A stretch of DNA of 63,841 nucleotides, counting the filler, from Hausera hauseri (taxonomy: Eukaryota): NCBI GenBank assembly GCA_046269625.1. It is 12 parts of 12 records of this genome, joined end to end, with 100 filler letters (N's around TTAATTAATTAA, not from the genome) between each part and the next. Parts side by side here need not be neighbours in the genome. Positions count along the whole stretch, not along the records: positions 49,748 to 54,592 come from JBJURY010416033.1; positions 54,693 to 58,985 come from JBJURY010652330.1; positions 59,086 to 63,841 come from JBJURY010448135.1; 9 more parts are not named here. One strand, written 5' to 3'. The position numbers were made by a program, and so were the translations under genes. This document shows, piece by piece, positions 51,112 through 63,841 of this stretch. The notes under the pieces were generated by a model. It did not search any database. It was not told the DNA's origin and saw only the letters and a list, made by a program, of their open reading frames with translations. Numbering within the stretch: position 1 is the first letter of the stretch; each line of letters begins with the position of its first letter.

Positions 51112-51381
51112 TCACGATTATTTAATATTTGTTATTAGTCAAAATTTGCATGTACAATTACAAATACCATATCTCATTGTGTAATTCTTCCACCAATCAC
51201 TCACGTTCAACCAGAATTTCAGTGTCAATTATCAGAATGTTGATTTCTCTCATCAACTGAATTTGAGACAATTGGTTGTGAAGAGGTCGTAATCATTTTT
51301 ATAAGTTTAAATACAAAGAATATCCACCGATTAAACTTTTACTATTTTTCTCAAACGTATCAGCGGGCTTTCAAAAATGAA

Positions 51382-51642
51382 TTGAATGAATTACGAGATT
51401 GGGTTGGAATTTTTCATTTAAGGCCGTCTTTCCAAAGTTTGGATAAACTGCCTCTTCCCAGTACCCCTTTCTTGATTGGACTTCTTGTACATCGCTGGGA
51501 ATTACCTTGGGCTAAACTATTACCTTTACGATTAATGCTTGCCCTTGGCAATCAATCAAGATTTTATTCATGTCCAGTTATATCTGATAGATCTCGATCT
51601 CCTGTTTTTGGGAAAGTTTATCAAACTCTTAAGAGCAATTAA
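51382..51642 (+). pseudogene. SARA/endofin (ZFYVE9/16) fragment
   Basis: FQSL..L.LP..PFL.GLL..RWE.PWAK..PLRLML.LG...RFY.CP..S.R.R.PVFG matches the SARA central conserved block. Confidence 0.85.
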
Positions 51643-54286
51643 TCCAAATTTTCCATATCGAATAATATTGAACAAGGTTTATGTGATCCCAGTATTATAC
51701 CAACTGTGCCCGGTGGAGAATTTTTATTACTTTTATATAATAAACCAGTCTCATCATTCAAACACACAAAAACTTCAATCAATTTACCAATAAGCGCGTA
51801 TTCTATTAAGCCAGGCCCATAACTTTTACCATCTCCATTTAAACATCTTCCGTCTGTGATATTATATTGTTCCTTATCCAATTCAAAATGGCTAACACAC
51901 GATTTCCTTCTTAACCCCGAAATCTAGTTCCCACGTAAATGCATCAAACCCATCAATTACCATCACACATACACACATACGCACTCGCCTTTCGCAACCC
52001 CTGCTGCCACCCATTAAACAAAACAAAAAGGAATACAAAGAACAATTATAATGAACAGTACCTTTTCTTTTACATAGCTTCTCTCAATCGCTGCGATCAC
52101 CACTAACGACATACAGAATATCGCATATCATGACAGGGGTTCTACCGAATAGAGAATGTCCCTTCGATAATAACGAGAACCATCAATAATTCCATAACAA
52201 AAACTTCCTCGCAATTAAATCCCTCAGGTGATTCATTTTTCCTCCAAAATTTTGCCCTTGTATAAGTATTATTGTCGATAGATTTCGTCTGCGTAATCCA
52301 CAGCATAAGTTTCGATCTTCGGTCGGCACACTCAAGTCAGATTTTAACATCACATCAACTGGCATGTTATCATTTACCAACTCTTCCACAATTGTAGTAA
52401 AGATATTTGTATCGTTGACATAATAGAGATGTATTACAATAACTTTGTCAGTAAAAGAAGATAAATTCCATTTTGACCATTTTTTTGATATTAAACTTAA
52501 TATCTTCGTTGTTATCACGTGGAAATTAATTCTAAATCGACCCACATCCACCTTCCATGAACCTTCAACACTTCTTTCATATTTGAAACTGCATTTGTAT
52601 CTCTTGATTCTGTATAACAGTTTATAGTCTTGTTTTGACATATTTAACATAATCATATTCTTCTTTATCAAATTCAAATTTTAAATCTTTCAATTTTATA
52701 TTAATTTTATATTAATTTATCATTATGTAATATTTCAGTATACATTAAGGGCAAATATATTGAAGACAACATGTTAACTTTCAAAATTTTGGTTATAGGA
52801 TATAGACTATAACTGTCAATACTAGTATTTATTAATATGTATCAACTATTCTTAAATATTCGGGGCAGTGAAGTCACTGGTTAAAATCCTTTCGTTCGTA
52901 ATCTCATTCTCAGAATTTTATATATCGATAGCATTACTTCATTTTACCTTTCTTTAGTATTTCCATCATTTAATTGTTACTCTTACTAAAGGAATTATCA
53001 CAAATTTTAGGTAAAGATTTGACAGTATATTGTAAGTAAGGTGGAACACCACAAACTACAAAAAACCCTTAAATTCAAGTACCTAAAAAATTATGTCCTT
53101 ATGTCTCCAATTTGTTTTTCTTTTATATTATTTCTTTGAATAGACCATAAAGAAGTTTTCATAGCTTTCTTTAATTAATTTAAAATTTTAAAACTTCAAT
53201 AATCTATATTGTATATTTTTAATTTTTTGCTTCTCTAAAATAAAAACTTTTATAATTATCAATCGATTGTATCATTTCGTGCATTTGTCGCTTTCACCTT
53301 ACTTTAATTCTTCTTAAACATTCCATCTCTCAGAACACTGATATCGATTGTGTGATCTTTACATACCCTCAATCATTACTTTCATGTTATCATTAATATT
53401 TAAATCTTCTAATCATACATTCTTCCCTTTGTAACAGGTACCAACCCCTACAAATTCAACATAATAACTACGCAACTTAATATTTACAATGTATCTCATC
53501 AACACACCCATTTTTACATACATACACACATTATATACATGCACACACATACCCTCCTATTTGTCCTGAATTTTGACCTTTTCGGACTTTTTTGCCGGAT
53601 TCCCCAACTAACAATCGGGTCCAGCAGTATGCACTAATACATAATAGCACTAGAATAACTTATGTTAAACCCTCTGGACAATACTTGGGTACACTAAAAA
53701 ATGAAAGACATTACATTTTCAATTAAAAAACAATAATAACTTTACAACGGCTTTATTTAAAACCAATTCAGAATTTACTTTTTGCATTTTCGTTTGCATG
53801 CGATCTGATCCTTCAAACAGGTTTTCACACAATTCGTTTTTACCAAAGTTTGATTAAAATGTTACACATTTAAATGTGCAATCTTCTTTATACAAAAAGC
53901 ATACACGATGACATTCATTGCTTATTTCTGAACGATCTTCATCTCGATTAAATCAGATTAAGAAAATGGCAATTGAGAAAATCCACATGTTTCTATAAAG
54001 CATTTTGTCAATACTAATAATTTATTGAACTTTATTTGAAATATTGACACTATGATAATTTAATAACTTTCGTACTTATGTTTTAACTGAAATATTGCAT
54101 AACATTTCATTTCATTGTTAATCGTCGGTTTTTACATTATTTTATTCAATATATCGATTTCGAATAAATTTCAAATTGAGTAAAAATGTGGGACTCGGTT
54201 TCCTAAATATATTACTACATTCTTCAGATTCAGTCATAATTTATTGATAATCATTTAAATTCTCGATGTGAATACACAATAACATA

Positions 54287-54592
54287 TTAGGGTGGTGCAT
54301 AAATTCCCGTCTTTTTTACGGAGTTTATTATAAAATTTTAAATAAACAACAATGGTTTATTACATAAAGTATTCACCGTTACAGTCTATTTTTGCCATCT
54401 GTCAGGCAACAAATGAATTCCTCTTGTGAAAAACTTTTCTGTCTTTGATGAGATGAACTCATTGATGCATTTTGTGGCTTGTTGCTCTTTGGTAAAATAT
54501 TTCCCAGCCAATACCTGTTGTAACGACCTGAAGAAGTGAAAATCAGTCGGAGCAAGATCAGGTGAATATGGCGGATGCGGTAGAACTTCCCA
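54287..54592 (-). mobile_element. Mariner element 3' end (TIR plus transposase C-terminus, 54360-54592)
   Basis: WEVLPHPPYSPDLAPTDFHFFRSL...RGIHLLPDRWQK. The TIR TTAGGGTGGTGCATAAATT follows a TA. Confidence 0.92.
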
Positions 54593-54692
54593 NNNNNNNN
54601 NNNNNNNNNNNNNNNNNNNNNNNNNNNNNNNNNNNNTTAATTAATTAANNNNNNNNNNNNNNNNNNNNNNNNNNNNNNNNNNNNNNNNNNNN

Positions 54693-55483
54693 CGGAATGT
54701 AGTGACGAGTGTCATCAGTGAGGAGGTAAAGGTGTTGGTCATTGGACAATACAATGTCGGTAAATCGACGATCATCAAACCATGCTTGGTAAAAGATTGG
54801 TCACCGTGTACAATGGGACGACAACCAATTGCTTCGTTGGTATTCAGCACTCTCACATACTGGCATTGCGCTACGGCAATTAAGAAGAAATGTTCAACAA
54901 AGTGTGTAAGAATGAATTGGAATTTAGCAGAATGCAAAAGAATCGTAATATTCACCCAGATATGTTTTTACTTATGAATCAATGTGACAAAGATGACGGC
55001 GACGACGATAATGATGCAATAAATGAGAACAGACAACATATTCGCGATGAATGCATTAATATGCTAAAAACTGATGGAGATCTTCGATGTTTTGAAGCAG
55101 AGCGACGAGTGTTTTTTGTATCGGGTGTGGAAGTTTTAAAGTACCGACTCGGAGAGTTTGGTTTAATGCATGACGTATCACAAATTCGATTGGAAGAATT
55201 CCACAGACTCGAAAATTTTCTATCTACGTATTTAAACGATATTAAACTACAGCATCGAGATGATACAGAAAAAGAATTTTCTAGAATGATTGATGCGATT
55301 CGTAATGATCGCCAAGCTTTCAAGAAAGAAATTAAAGATGCTATGCGTAAATTAGACCTAGGGTTACTCAGCATGGTAATAAATGATATCGACAATAAAA
55401 TAAACAATATTGTGAATGAAATCTACTCTAGTGCAGTACGAATTAGGTCAGAGTTACGGAACAAAAACGTGTCGTTGCGTTGA
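54693..55483 (+). pseudogene. Mitofusin/Fzo-like dynamin-family GTPase fragment with frameshift and internal deletion
   Basis: KVLVIGQYNVGKSTII (G1), TTNCF in a shifted frame, PDMFLLMNQCD (G4), RQH....C, RVFFVS..EVL..R and EF...E. The G3 region is missing. Confidence 0.7.
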
Positions 55484-55830
55484 AGCGACCGTACATTGGT
55501 AATGTCACAGACAATTTCGTGGTTAGGTAAACCATTTTCGAATAGAAAAATTCCGATCAACCGCTTGAAATCGCAACTGACTATGCGGATAAAGCTATTC
55601 AAAAGCTGAATACTGAAATAGATGATTGCGTTGTCGCGTACATCAACAAGGTTATTAACCAGTATAAGTAGCTGTACACACAAGAGAAACCTATTGTCGT
55701 TATGGAGAACATCAAGCGAGAGATTCAAATGAGATTATATGCAGGTCGAATTAAAGAGAAACAGTTATTTCAGCCATCGTCGTAATGCCCATGGTGTTGG
55801 CAATTCTCAGTCGTACTTTATCAAACTGCA

Positions 55831-58800
55831 AGCGGGGAACTCGGGTACCCCGCAGTTTGTGACACACCGCGGCGAGGCAGAAGCCCCGGCCGCCCACCCT
55901 ATGCCATTGGGTCAGACGGCACCGTTTGCTGGCACCCCACGACACGCCCCTGGCTACAGGACCCCTCTGTATTCCTTTTTTTTAAATAATCAACATATTT
56001 AAACAAACGCAGTAACACACTTAAACACTGCTGCCATCTACAACATTATCTCCACTTTTCTTCGCTCACCTGACTTTTACCTCACACACCACGGCTCCAC
56101 GGTACCTCTCGTTGGAACCTTGCAATCTTCTTTATTTTATATCTACCTTCAAATACTCTTCCGCATCCGTGGTGGCATGGATTCAATTACCCACTATTGA
56201 TACCACGGACAAATCCACCAAACCACCGATCTCCATCACTTACCTACCCAAAAAAGTGCTTCAAACATTCCGATACAACACACACTTCTCACTCATTCAC
56301 CATGCACAGAATACTTCCTCGACAGCCAAAAATCTACACAAACATGGATAAAACTTCATCAATTCTGGCTCCAATCACAAAACTTCGTCGACCCCTTATC
56401 CAAAGCCAACAGCCTGTTTTTTCATTTACCTGCTTCCATTAAAACCAAAAGTATAAACATAATCGACATCCTTCGCCACACCAATCCATATGTTCAACTT
56501 TATAATGCCGTTCTTAAGCTCACTAAGCCGTCAATCGACTCTATCATTCAAAGATTCTTTAATGACAATGTCATGGGCCTTTAGAAGCCTTTTGAATTCT
56601 TGCGCACATCTTTGTCTCACTTCAATACCCTTGGCGTAACATCTGAGCATAATCCAGAACTTCTTCACCGTTACTTTTTAAACGCATTTGCCCCTTCAAA
56701 TAAGAGCTTAAATCACTTTGTTCGAGGATTCCACGGCACTGGAAAAGTTAGCCGAACTGGGAGGCAAAGATTATAAAATGCTGCACTCACACACAGCACC
56801 AACTGTCTCTGCGGCATTAACAAAAAACCACCAACAACAAAATGCATGGCTGCAGCAAAAAATTGCGCAATTAGGCTCAGACAACGAAATGTTGCAAAAA
56901 ACAATTAATAATATAAATGAAAAATTAAATGAGTTAACTTTGCCTCGACGAGGTTTTTCTAGGGTTGATTCACCTAATGTACTTTATCAACGACAAACAC
57001 GGTCGCCTTCGCCCGCGCGGTCGTTTATTTGCTACCATCACAACAAATTTGGTAGCAATGCTCAGAAATGATGCATTGATTGTAAATTTTACTCCCCAAT
57101 TTAATACAAGCAACATCGTTTGCATCTACCACTCAAAATTTAGAACAAAAGCACAAAAATGCCTACTTAACTGCAAATACAACACGCACAATAAAATCAA
57201 CACTACTAAACTCACACAAAATAGTAGGCCAAACTTACCAGCTACAAAAAACTGATTTCGCCGCTAGGACACACGGAAAGTTCTAACAAAGGCAACAACC
57301 TACAAAAAGATAGCCGACACATTTCCTTTGCTGTATTAACGTTGGACGCAGCAGTCGTCACTCCAACAAAGCAAAACATTAATTTTCTCATAGATACTGG
57401 CGCAGCAATCTTTTTACTACCACCAACACAGCACATCCAAAACAATTTTACTTCAAAAAAGCAACTGTTCACTGCGTCCGGTGAACCTTTACAAATTTTT
57501 GGTGTTACCAAATTAACGTTCACTCTTCCACATTTCCCAAACACATTCATGTGGAAATTTACAGTAGCCAATGTACGCACACCTATATTGGGTTCAGACT
57601 TTCCGTCCCACTACAATTTACTTGTAGAATGCAAACGGTGTTCCTTAAAGAGCGGAAACAATTTTAATCAAATTAGTATCATTTCAATGACCACCCGGGC
57701 GATCGCTTCCAGCAAGTCAATACTAAAGAAAACAACTTCCGATTTAAATTATTTTTATAATCATTCATTATACAGAAATTTTTATTACGGAAACAAATAC
57801 GATATTGCCAACTGCGTGGCACCTATTACAGATAGTACAGCTGCCAACATTATCTTCAACACGAACATTCTCCACCTAATACCACCTAATCACAACACCT
57901 CGTCTACAACTCATACTTCAACTGCATCTAGTCACGATGCATCGAAACCATCTGAAAACTTTTTATCGTTGCCCTCTGACTTACAGCAATATATTTCATC
58001 TTCCTACACACGTCTGTTGCAAAAGGACAAATCATTCATACCACCTAAATCCACCTTCCATCATATAGTAATAGCACATCAAGGACCAAAACGTCAAAAG
58101 GTCCTCCCGCTATCGCATCGCCGCAGACAGGCAGTAGAGGCTGAGTTTCTCGAACTGGAAAAATCCGGAATAATCAGAAGATCCAAATCCCCTTGGTCTT
58201 CACCACTACATGTGGTTCTAAAAAAAGATGGTACCTTTCGGCCATGCGGTATTTACCGCCAACCCAACATTATAACTACAATAAATGCCTACCCTCTACC
58301 ATTAGTCAACAATATTCTTCACAGTCTCCATAATTCGACCATTTTTTCCTGCATTGATTTGGACAAAGCACAGCACCAAATTCCGGTGGCCCCAGCAAGC
58401 ATTCCGAAAACGGCTGTCATTACACCTTTCGGCTTTTTCGAATACCTTTTCATGCCCTTTGGACCCGTAGCGCTTCCCAGACCTTCTAAAGGCATATTGA
58501 TACAGTTCTATCAGGTTTAGCCTTTGTTTATTTCTATATCGATAATGTCCTAATTGCATAATCTTCCTCGAAACAACACTACGAGCACTTACGTTTAATC
58601 TTCCAGAGCTTGCACCAAAACAACTTGCAAATTAATTTCTCTAAATGCTCTTTTTTCAACATAAGGTCAACTTCCTAGGACACGTGATTAGCTCCTCCGG
58701 ACATTCACTTTAGCCAAAGCGCGTCACACAGCTCAAAAACATACAGCTACCGCGTACATCAACCTTGCACTTTATTCATAAGTATATTCCACACTGCTCG

Positions 58801-58985
58801 ACTCTAACTGCTCCTTTTGCATCATTAGGCTTTGGCAAGAAAAAACTGCCTATTCAATGGACCGCCAAGATAGTCAACGCTTTCGATAACCTCAAAAATA
58901 ATATAAAAACCGTGGAAATCCTGGACTATCCCGACTTCCATGCAGAACTCTTCTTAACCACGGATGCATCCACAGCAGCTGCAGG
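55831..58985 (+). mobile_element. Gypsy family A copy 3: LTR (55831-56165), gag, protease, RT, start of RNase H
   Basis: FLIDTGA, ILGSDF, GIIRRSKSPWSSPLHVV.KKDG..RPCG.YR, YPLP, DLDKA.HQIP, MPFG, TTDAS. Confidence 0.93.
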
Positions 58986-60026
58986 NNNNNNNNNNNNNNN
59001 NNNNNNNNNNNNNNNNNNNNNNNNNNNNNTTAATTAATTAANNNNNNNNNNNNNNNNNNNNNNNNNNNNNNNNNNNNNNNNNNNNGAACACCATATAGAA
59101 TCTCGACCAAAGGGATATTTAAATTCGGATTGTTGTGGTCCTAATGAAATATTCCGACACGAGATAGAACACCAAAACGCAACACTTCGTCGGCAAATGT
59201 AAAACAAGTAACAGTAAAAAAAATTATATTTACAGTTTACAAAAAAAAATAAACAAGGAAGAACGATCTCGTTGGGCACAACAAATGGCCTGTCCAAGTA
59301 TATTCCGCTTACATTCATAACAAGTTTCTTGCACTTTTTATTATGAATACAAAATTAATGAAATACAACAAATCGATAATGTTTATTATTTTAATATTTC
59401 TGGTATAAACTGACAACACGATATAAAAATATTGAAATTGAAAATGTGTTAACAATAATTACATGTTTTCTTGTAAACAACACCAATATTTTTACGACTC
59501 CACGAGGTCGGATAAAATGGCCATATAGACACTATAATTTATTAACTACAAATATTGAAACCAAAAACAAAAGAAAAGTAGAGCTATCACACAAACTTTT
59601 CTACAAATCGGTAAAATAATTTATGGCGGGAAATTAATCAACTCTATTTGATTATCATTTTTTCTTTTAAATTGTTAATTAAGTTCAGATGAATTTGTTT
59701 AAATCTCCATATCGGCGATCGCTCATGCGCTCAATTTCAAAAATAAGACGGCTTATGAAATGGTCGTGTAAACCGACTGATTAAATTCGATGTAATTTCT
59801 TTTAACTTTTTAAACGAAAAATTTGTCAGATTTTGCTCCTTCTCGATACTGTTTTAACAAAGTTTGAATGGTTTTCTCTGCAAACGCATACAAAAATCAA
59901 TTACTAAAATTCTTGAGTTTCTTAATAACCAATTACAGATTGGAATACTTATCGGTGGATCTTGATGATGTATGAATGGATTATTTCATGTATTGCCGTT
60001 CGATCGTATTCGGTCGTTTGTCCGTA

Positions 60027-63000
60027 TTAACATTGTTTATTTTTCAATAGTTTAGCGTATTCTCTTATTAAGAGTTTAGGTACAGCTCTGTATGCGGTAT
60101 TTTCGCTGGATAGTTTAGTCAAGGTTGGAATCAATTTCCTGAATTTATCTTCGCTTGTGTTTATTTTCAACATACTACTCAGTTCCTTTTCGGCTAGTGT
60201 AGGGTCGTGTAGCATTTGTACATCGAATTTCGCTTTCTGTGTACCAGTTGGTGATTCACAAAAATGTATTGGAGTTCTTTGGCTTTGCTCGGTTAGACCT
60301 TGGAGATATTCATCCCATTCGGCTTCATTTTCTGCGTTAAGTAACTCGTAGTTCATTAGTGCCGCATGTCCGACCTGGACTCTTTCGCGTAATTCGCTTA
60401 ATTGCGGCTGTATAGCTTTCATGATGGATACCCTAAATCCGCCACCGTTTCCGCAAGCTTGTGTATCAGCTTTATTAATCGACACATTTCTTCTGGTTGT
60501 ATCAAGGCTTTTTCTTGATAATTAGTCACCTCCGCGATTCTGTCTCTTTGCCATTTCTGTACAAATTCCATTTTGTCGTTTATTTCTGATTCCGTAAGGA
60601 AATACGTGTTCTTATAAATTTCTGTTTTCCTTAGTAATTCGTTTAATTCACGTTGTCTGTTCTCAGAGCGTAACCGGGTTTCTTTTATCAGACGTATTCG
60701 GTTTGTTAGTCTTTTCGCTGTTACTTCGTCAATTTCTGCCATTTCTGTTAATAGTGAGATTAATTTGTACGTTTGATTTAACTTTTCGGCGTCTGGATCT
60801 ATTGCATCCATCAGTCTACTTATGAATTTGGCTTCATCGCTCGTCAGTTGTGGATCATTTCTGATTTCCGTTAGTTCGGAGTGGCAATGTAGGTCAAAGC
60901 CTGGTGACCACTTGACTTGATTCTGTATATATTGCAGTGTTTGTGCGAGGGCAATTCGGTGATCATTACATACTTCTAATATTTCTATCTCCTGGACAGA
61001 GATTTCCTTTAACGGTTTCTGTATTAGATTCTGTATTCCTTCTCAACGGATGTTTATTAAACTTCGCTGGAGATCACTTAGCTTATTTCTTTTTCTGTAG
61101 AAGTCCTTCTCTTCTATCATAGTATACATTTCTGTTAGCGTTGTCATATCTTGACCCTGGTTCATAAATTTAAGTTCTCGTAATGATTCGAATTTAATCT
61201 GCAATTTTACTTCGTTTCCATTGTGCCGATATCTAGTAGCATCTCCACCAATTGATGTTTCATTATGGGCTCAACCACAGCGAACTCTTTTAGTCGTTCG
61301 TTAATCACTTTGGCTATAGAAGGTAACAAGTCTATCCACTTCTCCAATTGTTTAAATATTGTTAGTTTCGCGTGTATTATTTTGACTAATACTGCAAAAG
61401 CTTCTTCTAGTTCATGATCTGGTGCTCGTACAAATTCTATGATTTGTTTCATTTAATTGAATTCTTTCTTATATTCATCTAACTCAAGAAGGCAAGAGCG
61501 TATTATTCTCTTTACTTCTATGTTTTTAGAGTGAACTACCCCGATCCTTAAGTCATTAATTTTGGCTCGTATCCCATTTCCTCTTCCGATACGTGTTTTT
61601 AAATCCGGGTATTTCCGAGGTTTATCCTTTATTAAGCTGCACATTTCCAATAGAAAGAAAATATCGGTTTGGTCTATACTCTAGGTCGGCATCACTCAGT
61701 TCGTTTACTGGCTTATTATGGAGATAAGAAATTATAGCTTCTTCTATCTCATGCATCAATCCTTCTAAATTACGCCTTACGCGTTTTAGTTTTGGGTTGT
61801 TCTTAAGTGTGTCTAACAGTCCTTGCGCTTGATGGACCTGATCCAGAAACGGTTCGTTTTTATTCCACCATATTTTCGTAAAATCGATCTCACTCCTTGT
61901 CCACAATTCTAGTTTCTTTTGCCAACCTTTTAGCAAACCTTGCGGCACTTCTTGCAGTTCGTATGGTATGCCTTTTTCTCCTTTCTGGAGGCCGGTTTTA
62001 AACTTCTTATACAACTTTTCTATGAATTGTTGTTCTTTTCCTGAAATGTCCAACTGCTTGCTCATCCGCTGCAGTTTTTGTAAGCTGTCAGTCAGCCTTC
62101 CGGGATTGTTCGAAGTGTCTCTTATTTCTGTTAGCTCATTCGCATTTTACCAAGATTTTCTGATCTTGGCAATTTTAATAGACTCTTCCTCTTTTGACTC
62201 TTCCTCAGTAGATGGCAACGGACATATTTCATTTATTTCATCAATGCTTTGAATGTTCGTTATTTTCGGAGTGTCTAACTCTGTTTCATCTCTTAGAGTG
62301 ATAGTGAAATCTTTCTCTTTTTCTATATCCTTTTTGATAGGTGATCGTAAACGAGTTCTCGACTTTCTCATAAGAGAGGGGCTTCTACCTCTATTTTTTG
62401 CTATCTTAAGAATCAGTGGGCCAATGAATTCGCTTTCAACCTTATCTGTTACTTTGTCCTTATATTTAGGCGCAACCTCAGTATCTGCATCCAAATCTAC
62501 GCTTGGAGGCGTAATTGGCTTTGCCACTGGATTTAGGTTTTTCTTTCTGGCTATATTAGTATTCCTGGGAGCTATAGCCTTTTCGTATTCTGTTTTTGGT
62601 TCTATTAATCTATGATAAACTTCCATTTGATGCTAATTTTCTTTGTATTCCTTCCTAGCCTTGATTACTTGTGGATTATTAGATTTGCCCATATTTCTTA
62701 CATACCTTCGTAAGTCTTGAATTTCTATAATCATGCTTATGTCACCTCGTTTCCCGTAGATTCCTTCCAAATTATCTTTTATCATGCTAGCTTTATTAGT
62801 CTCCACAAATGATACACTTCACGGATTAGGGCATGATCTAGCTATGTGACCTTCCTTACCACATGAATAGCAAATTAAATTTCCGTCTCGACCGATCCTT
62901 TGTCTTCCGTCTTCATTTACTGGTGATTTGGGTCGATCCATCGTTTGGCCTTGAGCTAGCTGAGCTTGCTTATCATTTCCATTATTTCTAAAACTTCAAT

Positions 63001-63841
63001 TTTCTATATGTCGATTCTTGTTACTTCTGTCATTATTTTGATTTCTATTCGGATTATAACCTGTTTGGTACGTATTTCGGTTGTCATTAAAGTTCCTATT
63101 ATCATATCTGGCGTTGCGATTGGAGGCATTTTGAGCTCTATTCACATAGCTTCGGTACTTATTATCTTCGTTAAATCTTCTATTGTTCCTGTTTCTATCT
63201 CAGTTGTCACGATCATTATTTTTGTCATACGTTTCATTCTGTCTGGCATATCTATCTAATGTTATTTCCAAGGTGTGAGCTAATTGTAATGCCGTCTCGA
63301 AATTGTCTGGTCGGGCCAAAATTAGTTGCTTGACTAAATCTCTAGACCATGTGCCGTTTATTAGCGGCGTTTTCATCATGATGTCTAAGTCTGGCGGGCT
63401 AGCCTTTTCTGCCGCTTCACTTTCTTCATTTGTCTTTCCTTTTGTCACGTTAGCTATCCTTAATATGTTTACATAACTATTAGCAAGTTTCTTTAATTCA
63501 AATGCAAACTGAGTAACCGATTCACCCTTTTGTTGTGTTCTGTTGTGGAAGGCCATAAGCTTCTGTTGTGGAGTAACTGTCGGCAATAGTTTACGATTCA
63601 GAGCTTTTATTACAGAGGACCATGATTTCTTCTCATCATTGGTAAGTTCGCTATGGGCATCTGCAGCCAGGTTTTTCAGATATAATGATAATCGTTTGAT
63701 CACGACTTCGGGGGCAAGACTGGCACCTTCTACGTGCAATTTATAGGTTCGCCAAAAGTCATTTAGTCCGTCTGGGTAACCGTCGTATGCGGGTAAGTTT
63801 AACCAGTCGAATGTAAATATATCAAGTTTTTGAGCTATCGC
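60027..63841 (-). pseudogene. gag: Second copy of the extended Gag polyprotein, including the capsid domain
   Basis: LPAYDG....DFW and QQKGESVTQFAFEL (Gypsy capsid), CYSCGKEGHIARSC (62831-62872), then colinear with 32385-35330. Similarity stops just before the ubiquitin-like domain. Confidence 0.88.

Noticed and set aside
62966-63259. Hydrophobic 97-aa ORF as a membrane protein
   Set aside because: It is the antisense of the N/R/D-rich Gag linker, which yields I/V/S-rich text automatically.
1-63841. Prokaryotic systems (operons, CRISPR, rRNA or tRNA genes)
   Set aside because: None seen. Spliceosomal introns and animal-type genes and transposons indicate eukaryotic DNA.

Overview
This window is not one locus. 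It is 12 unrelated contigs joined by an artificial 100-nt linker (44 N + TTAATTAATTAA + 44 N). Eleven contigs look like AT-rich, repeat-rich animal (probably invertebrate) DNA. They hold decayed Ty3/Gypsy LTR retrotransposons of several families, Polinton/Maverick ends and a pPolB, mariner and hAT transposase remnants, two KMO exons around a 37-nt intron, and broken fragments of host genes (PCGF RING, ThrRS, CHD helicase, LTN1, SARA/endofin, mitofusin). One contig (44948-49647) is an uninterrupted teleost-type retrovirus pol+env and probably comes from another organism. The best candidate for a new system is a Gypsy-type element seen in two diverged copies (32166-37354 + and 60027-63841 -). 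Its Gag reads on through a long helical region of unknown function, a ubiquitin-like domain and an AT-hook-like motif straight into a chuvirus/gB-type class III fusion glycoprotein, with no protease, RT or integrase in between. A second highlight is the 3' end of an LTR element (2996-6174 -) with two intact accessory ORFs, one an apparently catalytically dead DEDDh exonuclease. All family assignments are from motif recognition by eye; no searches were run.
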